Assembly (NCBI RefSeq): GCF_023055435.1
Contig: NW_025963891.1
Span: 5,766,001 to 5,830,000, forward strand
DNA from: Haliotis rufescens
Lineage: Eukaryota
Length of the DNA stretch: 64,000 nucleotides
Direction: 5' to 3'
The notes beneath the pieces were generated by a model. It was not told the DNA's origin, did not search any database, and saw only the letters and a program-made list of their open reading frames with translations. The translations under genes and the position numbers were made by a program. Positions 39,290 to 49,916 of this stretch are shown piece after piece. Positions within the stretch are counted from its first letter, which is position 1. Each line of letters starts with the position of its first letter.

Positions 39290-40759
39290 AGGGGCTGCTT
39301 ATCCATCTTGTTTCCTTGGCAACCAATGTCGGCATTATCCCCCCAGCACCAGAGGGTGCTCCTCCACACGCCCTTACCTTGGCGTCTGCTACCAAGGTCA
39401 GCATTGGTATGGAACGTGGTGAAATGCCAGACAGTGATATTTGACTCTCTTGACCTTACTGCACATCTTTCACTTGTTACTTTTTGATCTCACCTTTATT
39501 CAATTGGTATGAACTTCGGGTTGCCAATCAGTGTAGTAGATTTGTCTAGTGTGTTAACCACAACTCCGCCAGTCTACTGACACCTTTGAGAGTTATGATT
39601 GCTTAGTGCAGCATCAGCTACTGACGTTTGTATGGAGATGTATCCCCTGAACGTGTGTCTGAGACGGAATGAAGGAGGAAGTTAGAAGATGTTTGGTTGA
39701 AGGGTTAGCATCCAGGATACCCCTCCTATACACCTGTAGACAGAGGACTTAGAGAGTAAAATCCTGTTCAGTGTTCCTGTGTGGAGCATCTGATCGTAGC
39801 AAGATACAGGGGAAGGTTTATGGGATATTTCTTCTTCCTTCGGTTTCGAATCCTTATCATGTTTCTAGATGTGAGACACTCCGTAACGAAGTAGAGAAGA
39901 GTTTATATTGAGAGAGTATTCCGCTGTTGCTATTATCAGGCACCACAGATTCAAACAAGTATACTTTTGATCTATCTACTGTGATATACCTATCGATAAT
40001 AAAATTGTTACCCAAAAATACTCTTGTGTTGTGATATACTAGAATATACAAACTTACTATTGCTGAATAGACTTCACAAGTATTGTCAAATAGCTTTACA
40101 TACTGCATGTGGAGCTATGATGTTGGTAGATTTGTTGAGGCTGTATTGATTTGGGAACTGAAAACTTATTTTCCATTCTATCATGAGAGAATTAAATGTG
40201 AACATTTTGATGAGAGGTATAAGTGGGTATGTCAAATGTTTTCAGTAGGTTCTGGCTTTCATTACAGAAAATGACAGTATTGTTTGTTTGTTGTTAAGCA
40301 GCTCTCAGCAATATTCCAGCTTTATAACAGTGGTTGATAATCAACCATATTCATGAGCATCGATCTCCGCAATTGGGATATGATGACATGTATCAACCAA
40401 CCAAGCCAGCCAGCCAGCCAGCCAGAAAAACACCTAATCCCACATCTTCAGCAACCAATGTTTGTCGTAAACTGTGACTAATTCCAACCCGGAATCTTCA
40501 CAGGACGAATTGCCAGTTTAATGTGTTGTTTTTTTAGTCATATACTCGGTTCCAAAAGAAACAAAAGACATCTTATGTTGTCTAGAAACTTCTCTACATT
40601 GTTTAAGCTTCAATCTCTCTACAATGAATCTATCCCTGAAGAGAACCTTCATATTCATGAGACAACTGTCCAGAATGGTGTCTTTCCAAGCATGTGATAA
40701 CAACATGCATTGTTTTAATAGGAAACATGGACTGTTGGAAGATATCTACAGCAACAAAT

Positions 40760-40960
40760 GTTCTTCAGTTTCTTTGAGTGACACAGAATGCGCCATGCCC
40801 AGTTCAGGCAGAATTGATCGATGATCGGGCATGATGGGAGAGCTGGTGTGGCGGGAACACAAGAGGCAATTGATCTACAGGGTAGCCCACTATGACCAAC
40901 CATCTTATTGTTGCAAACGGTGCACTGGATCGCCTAGGACGTGAAAGCCGCCCACACATA
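40760..40960 (-). pseudogene. Degraded Tc1-like transposase fragment (HTH/Tc3-like region)
   Basis: Frameshifted minus-strand peptides resembling S..TV.N....GL..R...P.....HR...L.WA. Confidence 0.35.
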
Positions 40961-43112
40961 CATCATGACAGAGTTTCCATCCATACTAGCATCAGCAGCA
41001 GATGCTTGGAACTGACCACAGAGTGTTGGCTGCAAATCTCAACGTCCATAATATGGGATGTGTGTTTCTTTTGATAGTATATAAAAATACTTCCTGCATG
41101 TTCTGACACAGCCTCTTTATAAGCAAGCATTAATTCTATCAGGTCATTTTAGGAAATGATGCATTTGGATTGGTATACAAGTGATGCATGCATTGAACCA
41201 TTTACCATCAGAGAACATCACTATTGGTACTTGACGGACAGTTTAACAGTGACTTTATCAGACTAGGTTAATGCCACGTAATCACGAAAAGGGTTCATGT
41301 TTATTGTGGTAGAATTGAGAAACCAAGCCCATTTCTTAGGTTCAAAACTCTTAAAGATTTGTTTTTCAATCAAAAGGTTGTTTCTGTGGCTGGAAAACTG
41401 AATGTGTCAAATTTTCAAGTGCAATTCTCTTCCATATGCAAACATTGTCACCTCAATGCTTTGTTTAACATTGTACTCAGCAATATTTCAGCTATAGTAC
41501 GTCTCTGAATATATTAATTTGGACAAAACAATCCATGACAGCATGAGCATCAATCTACACAATTGGGATGAATCAACAAAGTCTGACAACCCGATCCTGT
41601 TACTTGCCTCTTACAAGCATTGGTTGCTGAAGATCAATTCTAACCCGGATATTTGCACGATTTCACACATAGCAATGCAGGCCGAACAGGTGCAACTGTG
41701 TTGTGACAAGGTATAATAAGGCATGTCGACATTATTGTGAAAATTATTATTAAAATCCACAACTCAAGATACTGAGCACAGCCAGATGTGGCACATTTGT
41801 CCTTGACCTATGTTTGAACCATGGGGGCTTATTTCATTCCAGTCAGCATTGTGCTAGTGATGGCAGCCTGTAAATAATAAATTCAAGGTCAGGCCATTCA
41901 GTGGTAGGTGGCAACGTCAATGTACCTAACCATCAGGACAAGATATGCACAAACAGCCTGTCCACCTGGCTCTTACAGTGGTACTGGGACATTCTCTCCC
42001 AGAATCCACTGGGGCAATATGACCAGTTCAGTGAAGAACAAACTCAATTCCCTATAGGTTTTATCATACATCAATTAAGGATCTGCTTCCAAATTGCATC
42101 AGAGAGTGAACCGACCAGGATCCACATAAGGCAAGGTGAAATGGGGGTCAACATTTCATTCAGAGTATTTCACTTAAATGCGTGAGTGTGTGTGTGTGTC
42201 TGCTTGTACTAGCCAGGATTTACAGAAGATAATAAATACGGCTAGACGACTGAAATAACATGCCATAGCTCAACATGGATGTCACTTGTGTTTGCTTGCA
42301 CTAGTCTGGCCTAATGTCCAGTTTATGGTGTTAGATCAGTGAGATATCATGCTGCAGTTTTAACCCTACTCAGATAAAGCATACCGACTCCGAACTGACC
42401 CAGCCAGGGGACTGAACCACAAACCTTCCACTCTCCAGGCAGATTCTCTATCCACTACACCATAGAGATTGCCACAAAACAGACACAACAACAAAGACTG
42501 TTACATAAAGAGGTTTTTACTGAGATACAGTTTATCTGATGTACAGCAAGTGATGCGACATGGTCAATATACACTGATGCGTTAGTTCTTCATGGTCGAG
42601 AGTCCATAATACAAAATACACAAGTTAATGTGTGCAAGCAATACTTTAAGTAGATAAAACACTTAGAATTCCTGCAACATAGTAGTTTCCCCAACACATG
42701 ATCATACTCTCAAGTTGACTGGCCTAAAATGTTTTCATATTCCGTACAATTTAAGAAAGCTTCCTTATAATATGTACACATAAAAGTAAACCATGTATGA
42801 AATTCATAAACGATGTCAAGCCAGTCGGTTACAGGGCTGAAATACCATATGAAGCCATGGAAGTGTCCCATAAAAGTATAATGTAGAAAAGGTGATGTCA
42901 TGACAAACACTTAGTGAAGACAATGTTCCCATCATTCTTCCCACAGACATGGAATAAGCATTGACTGATGCCAGGGGGAAGCTGGATCCATGATCAGAGG
43001 CAATGCATCTATTACTTGACCGAGTCAAGTGTTGTAAATCTGCTTGCGGTGTTTATGCTAAGGTTGTGTCCATGTCACAATTAAAACTTTTCACAATAAG
43101 CAGCTGTTCACT

Positions 43113-46100
43113 TCAGAATGCTGTGTAGTTTGGATTTCCTCCCATTACATTATTGTTCATGCCGCCCATGTTGTTGCCATAGCCACCACCGCTGCCTCCT
43201 CCCCCGCCGCCACCTCCCATGTAATTATTCATGTTGCCTGCAACAAAAACGCTTACATTAGAGCTTGTCCAAATTAAGTGTTCATGTGTCAATGTTTCTG
43301 CCAATTAGTGACTATCTCTAAATATTTTCATACATATAAAAAGAAAAAATTCAAAACAAATATATATTTTGAGTATTATCGAAATGAAGTAAATCATGGC
43401 AAACCTTATACAACCCATTGTCAATACAGGATGCAGTAAGAAGTAAGAAGGTCCTTGTCATAACCCTGATGTTTGGAGTTAAGGTTCAGAGGGTATCAAG
43501 ATTCAAATACTATCGTCATAAAATACAAGGACTCTACAGAACCCAATTAATTTCAATCAGCATATTTTTTGTACTTGAGAACCTTTGTTTGACCTACCTT
43601 GATAACCACCTCCGCCGCCGCCGCCGCCGCCTCCTCCTCCTCCGAAGTTGTTACCATTGCTTCCGTAGTTACCACCACCCCCACCATATCCTCCGGAGTT
43701 GCCAAAGCCACTGCCCATGCTGCCACCCCCACCAAAACCACTTCCACCCATCTGCCCTGAGCCAAATCCACCTCCACCTCCGCCGCGTTCAGCTGGAGCT
43801 GAGTTGAGGAACAGTTCAATGTAGCGGTGCTCTGTAATCAATGATGGATGATCATAATTAGTACTTGTCAATAAAAGAACTATCTGATACATTATTCAAC
43901 TCTTCACAATCCTGTATCCACTATGTTCCTTGATCACTTGTTTAAGATCATTTTAATGAATCAAACTTTCATAGTATTCTAAAACATCCCAATCTCATGA
44001 CTTCTTATGAAGTTCAAATTTACTACTTTAATCTATCCTATACAAAAAGATAAGATTATTCCAATCAACTTCCTTTACCCATTACCACTTACGCATATTT
44101 GACTTGTGTTTCTTCATAGCCTCAACAGCTTCTTGATGAGAGCCAAAGTCAACATTTGCCTCGCCAGTTGGTCGACCATTTGGGGCATATTCAAATTCAA
44201 CTTTCACAGGGCGTATTGGGCTGAAGAACTGAAATTCAAAACAATTGTTTTACAATTTATGAATAAGCAGAAAATCGAACATCTAATAGGAGACACATAC
44301 ATCAAGGAAATGTCTTGTGGTAATAAAGAACTTTAACATGTTCTAAGCTTTTGAGTGGTTCAGTGCAGTAGCTGGAAGTAATATCAACTCACATCATACA
44401 CATCCTGTTCAATGGCCTGGAATGGAAGGCCTCGCATGTGTACAGAATGTCCTGTGTCGCTAATGTAATGACTGCCAGGAGTGGCTCCGCGGGGCCGGTC
44501 CATGTTCATCCGGCCACGCTGATTGTTGCCTCTCATTCCACCGCCAACACCAGCTCCGCCGCCGCCACCTCCTCCACCACCTCGACGGTTGCCACCCCCA
44601 AATCCCATACCACCTCCATACCCTCCACTGTAATCATCAAAGTCATCTTCAAAGTAACCTGAAAACAAAAGCAAAAAAATAATAACAAACAATGCTAAGA
44701 ACTCATAATACTAAACAACAAAAAATGTGAAAGTTTTGAGCTACTGTGAGCTAATACAAAAATATATCAAACTAATTTACCTTTCACATTTCTGCCACCA
44801 CGCCCACGGCCGTATCCTCCCATTCCCATGCCGCCGCCACCGCCGCCGCCGCCTCCTCCTCCTCCACCACCACCTCCTCCTCCTCCCATGTTGCCCATGC
44901 CCATCCCACCGAAGCGGTCATTTCGATCATAGGGCCCTGGGCGTCCCATGGACCCACCCATCATAGGCCTCATCCGTTGCTGGCCCATGGCATTGTAGGC
45001 CTCGCCCATACTGCTTTTGAAGATCTCTATGTACCTGAAAGGTGCCAATCAACATGCTGCAGTCTGTGTACAATACATATATGTACATCCTAACATAAGA
45101 GCATTAGCAATTGTATATTACTCAGGGACTTCTTGTTCCGATTCCTTTCATTGTCTTTCCCCAATTAGTTTCAATAACCTTGGTTACATAATGTCATACA
45201 TTAAAAAACATGAATCTTTCTTTATCACACAACTTAACACATTCAGTTTAATCAAATAGCATAGCTAAATTTTAAGTTACACATTGTCATCAAAGGATAA
45301 TTAATTCTTTATCACTGGAATTCAATGTAAATCCCTAATACAATAAAACAAAAAGACTGAAAACATTCACACAACTTTCTCACCACTTCTCATCAGTACA
45401 TGTATTGAAGTTTCAATATTTACTTTTTTCTGTACGTTTACATTACAAACCTAATATTTCTGAAACATCACACCAGCACATCAATCATACAGAACGGTAA
45501 TAGTTATAAATGGCTACAGTAACACAAGTGTCTATAATTTATTGCCATCACTCCAAACATCAACAGAAGATTCCTTGTATCCACCATCCACCCGGCCCAA
45601 TGGGACCCCAACCATCCATACCCACTCTGCCCAGTAGCATCCAAGAGAAAGAAGTAAAGTTAGCGATGTTGCAGGCGGTGGAACGCGACTGTCCCTCCCG
45701 CTGCTGTCATCAGCCCAGCCTCCCACCTGTGCCCTATCCTTTCCTTGTGTTTACCCAGGGCTTTTTCTGCTATGTCTTGGGATGCAAACTGGACATACGC
45801 CTCCCCCGTGCTGCGCCCCTGTCGATCCTCAGGTAGCATAATCCCATTGGGTACAATCTCCAACCCTACAGACCCACCCAACAAAAACAGAGCATAGCAA
45901 TCTCAGTCCGATGGTAGTGCAACATAGAACATGAAGTAGTCATCAGAGTAGCATGTATGTAGCTGTGTGTCAACTGTCCGCAGTATGTACCTGTTACCTG
46001 CAGGTACTTTTCATTTGGCTGCACCAATCAAAATATCTCACGAGTACCAATGAGTAGAATTATTTTCCTAACTGTTACAGTGTTTAAAGTTTCTGTTATA

Positions 46101-48561
46101 TTTAGGAATATGATACCCAGTGATTTGGAAATTCTTTTAAATAGTTTCAATTCACATTACAACTTCTGTCAAAAACGTCACTGACCAGACTAATATTTCA
46201 TATTTCAATTCCAAAATCCATGCAAATGTCTGATTCTTGAATTAATAAAATAATAAACACTCATTATAATTTCCTGAAATCTATAACCTAAAATTGTAAT
46301 GTCCTTTGATGTGCTGAATTATTGTCAATTGTATCATGTCTGTCAAATCCAATGCGATTAAAAGCTGACAATACCTACAACAAATTTTAAATTCTGTTAT
46401 CCACAGTCTTAAACCATTTAAGATAACAATTTCTAGTATTGTTGTGATAAGATCGATTTAAGAAAGGACAAATGTTTACAAAGCAGGTTGTCTTCAATGG
46501 TGTTTGATGTGATGTTTCCAATTATCTCCCTTGAACCATCTACAGCAGCCAGCAGTGCCAGGACAAGTTCAGGTGGAACACTGACTATACGAAGGCAGTC
46601 ACAAACAAGCCCAAACAATGTATCTGACATGGTGGTCAATAGACAACGATTGCCAGTAGTTTTCAAACAGTCCCCAAAACAAAACCATTACCAAAAAGTC
46701 ATTTCTCAAAACCATTCCTTTGCAATCCTTTACAGTTCACACTACACACTGGTTCATTCTTCAATCCATTGACCAAGAACTCAGTTGTAATGGTATAATA
46801 GATGGATCCTCTTTATCCATCTCAAATCAGAAATGCTACCCTTTATTTAGCACCTTTACATCACTGAATCGATCTTATCACCATTTAACATACACAGTTG
46901 TTTATTACACAAGCAGACAATTAAGCATTTATCATAATCCCATTTCATCAACCATTACACACTTTATAAATTACAGTTTATGTTTGAATGAATACTTTAT
47001 TAAAATTTGCAAAGTTTATTTATTCATTTTACAAAATATGTGTATGTTATGTACAGAAAAGTAAGAGACATACCTGTGAAAAATTGAGCAATTTCTTCTT
47101 TGGAGCAGCCAAATGGGAGGCCCCGAAGCCTGACTACGGCCTCGGTTGGCGCCTGCTGGTTGGGCCCTGCACGTTTGATCACCCAGTCCATCTCACTCTT
47201 TTTGGACCGGAATACTGAAAATAAACGCTGATGTGATACTTTCCATACACTACAGATTCATACCATAAAATACTATCAGTGTTCCAAGTGAAGGATGAAA
47301 GTAAAAAAGGTCTTGTCATAACCGTAATGCTAATGTATGTAATGAAAGTTTTAGAGTCTCTAGATTTAAATACTAAAACAAAAAATACTCAAGGGATTAA
47401 GTTTCAAACACCGAATATAAGAAAAATATTTTAGTGGTTATCACCCTTATCTCACCTTCGATATATCTCTGTCCCATATGTTCATTATTCTTCTTGACTG
47501 CCTGCTCTACATCCTCATCATTCATAAACTCTACAAATGCTTCTCCACTAGGACGTCCCTCACGAGAAAATGTAAAGTGGACATTGCGTATTCCACAGCT
47601 CTCAGGATCTTCAATTGAAGGAAAAACATTCTCAACCTATACTTAAAAAACATGCTCAATAGATAGCTGCATAATTCTAGTAGTATACTGCTCCCCTTTT
47701 CATATCTAACATCTACTAGTCATTGATACATAGATACAAATCCTTCCTCCAGGCCAGATAAAGAAACTTAAGATGATTTTGAACCAGCCTTCACAAGTTC
47801 AAAAGTTAACATTAAAGAATAGAGTTGACATTTTACTCCTAGATCTAGATCCCAACCATTTACCGTTTAAGTACACCAAATATTCCTAACTGAAAAGGAA
47901 TTCTGCCAAAACGTTTGAACCGGGAAATATGAACGAGTGTAGTTTCCTTTTTTCTATCACAGTATAATGTAACACTATCAGTAAGGGCAGCCAAGGCAGG
48001 GTACCTGACATGTTTTCCAGTTGCAAATGTATAGACATTTTTCTTCACTTACCAACTTTAATGTCCGAGTTTTCTTCTCCTACAAATCAAAATGAAAACA
48101 TGTATAATCAATAGATATAATAATAGAACATTTCAATAAGAACATGTGTTGGTAAAGAAGATTTTATCTGACTTCATTAGTTTCAACTTCAGCTACACGA
48201 TTTCATTCTGCTGTCAGCAAATTTCTGAATCAGTGTTCAGTCGAGAAACTGGAAAACTGGGGCCAAATGATCCCTACCTTTCTATGAATTATGGACATTT
48301 GATGAAACCGAGGAACACTCAAAAAAGTTTGAAATAAAGACAACTTGAACACTGGTGAATATTGTGTGAAAAGTAGCAATCAGCAAGATTCATTTCCAGT
48401 GACATCAAAATAAGATGATGCTACATATTTTATTTGGCTATCACTAAAGACCAATGTTTACAGTACAAACCTGCAAAAAATCGGACTACTTCCTCAGGTG
48501 TAGCTGCCCATGGCAAACCGCGAAGCCTTACAACAAAGCCGTCATCCTCGTGAGAACCCAT
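43113..48561 (-). CDS. HNRNPH: hnRNP F/H (GRSF1/glorund family) RNA-binding protein, 3 qRRMs plus Gly-rich regions, ~512-521 aa
   Basis: Exons 48471-48561, [48053-48079 optional], 47456-47608, 47074-47214, 45727-45865, 44781-45034, 44393-44658, 44093-44228, 43598-43831, 43113-43237. qRRM signatures [76 protein letters not shown]. The symbol is family-level only. Confidence 0.95.
48053..48079 (-). CDS. HNRNPH: Candidate 27-nt micro-exon in qRRM1 (G-EENSDIKV)
   Basis: Minus strand ttttgatttgtag|GAGAAGAAAACTCGGACATTAAAGTTG|gtaagt. Phase 1/1, no stop codon. Confidence 0.7.
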
Positions 48562-49095
48562 GCCTTCATAGACAAAAATGATTGTTAGTACCTTATATAT
48601 ATTTATTGCGATCATGGTAACAATGCTTAAGATATAGTTAACATTTTGCACGTAGACTGACCGTCAAAATGAACAGAACACAACATAGACCCATATGCAT
48701 TCCAATACCATCAATGAAAGATAATAAACAAATACAGATCTAATTCTGCAATGTGATTACCATGATACTTCTAATTTTAAAATTTTAATTATTTACATGG
48801 CAACTTGCGTCAAAAAAATACAATCTTAAATCTACTATGAGTACGTATACACCACATGTTACAGTAGAAGTAATTTCTCTACAAGCCACCATAATGCGCC
48901 AAATTCATGCATAGATCTAGGCTACTCAAATTGTGTTATCAGTGGTTGTGGTTTGAATCTCTAATAGTGGAAGTCCTTGTTCCTAAATTCAGTGATGAGA
49001 AAGGAGACTGTTTATAAAACCACAATTGCAAAGGCGACAAAATATTGGGTATGTCTTTGAAACACTTAATGAAAGTACAAAACGAAGGCATTACT

Positions 49096-49916
49096 TAGTT
49101 TGCAGAGATCCTATATTGTCGAGTGTCAGCACAATCAATGACTTACACGCTACCGAGTCAGCCTGCGACTTGGGCTTTGTTTCTATTGTCCTCGATTTTA
49201 AACATAAATACGCAACTGACCAGGAATATATCAAAATCAAATATTAGAGGTCCGGAAATGCAGTGGATTTGCTTATACTGATACTTGTCAATATGAAGCA
49301 ATCCGAAAGAATCATTAGCATTGGCCACGACTCCGCACTACTCTTTGAAGTCTTTGTCACGTTTAGGCGCAAATTGCAAAATTGTAGATATACTTAGACC
49401 CACCATCTCACATAAATTACTACAAGATATTAAACAACATGGAGTGCACTATGTGGCATTATGCATAAGAATGCACTTAATACAAGCTGACATACCGGCA
49501 ATGTGATATTTAAGTCTTGCTGCTTTCGTCTGAAAATGTCGAACTTTCCAATATGGCTACGCCGCGTTCTCCCGCATGTGCTTGCCGGAAGTGGCCGAAC
49601 TGCATTACGTTTTCATTTTACTTTTTCTATTTTTACCAGAAAATGTTACCATTTTGTGAAGATTGGTTTTTAATGAGCATTAACACGAAAAATATGATAT
49701 TTTTGTACCACCAACGTTTATGGACGCCAAACTTCCTTCCGGTTTGGGCATAAACATTCGATCGCCATATTGGTGACATTGTTAATAGAGGAATAGCCTT
49801 CGAAATCAACAATCATCTGCATTACCTATGTAGAAGTATTGAATTTACTGGTATTTTTGAAGGACTAAGAGTACAGTCAATTTACCCTTCAAGGAATTTT
49901 TGTGTGGTTTTCGAAG
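49096..49916. promoter_or_regulatory. Bidirectional promoter hnRNP F/H / MOB1 with two candidate non-coding first exons of the hnRNP gene
   Basis: Minus-strand donors at 49095 (GTAATG) and 49495 (GTATGT). ETS CCGGAAGT ~49585 and CCGGAAAT ~49252. YY1-like AATATGGC ~49550 and CGCCATATT ~49763. Confidence 0.6.

Noticed and set aside
45985-46010. Recursive splice site or 7-nt exon CAG|GTAACAG|GTACAT (minus strand)
   Set aside because: No upstream pyrimidine tract, and the intron is short.
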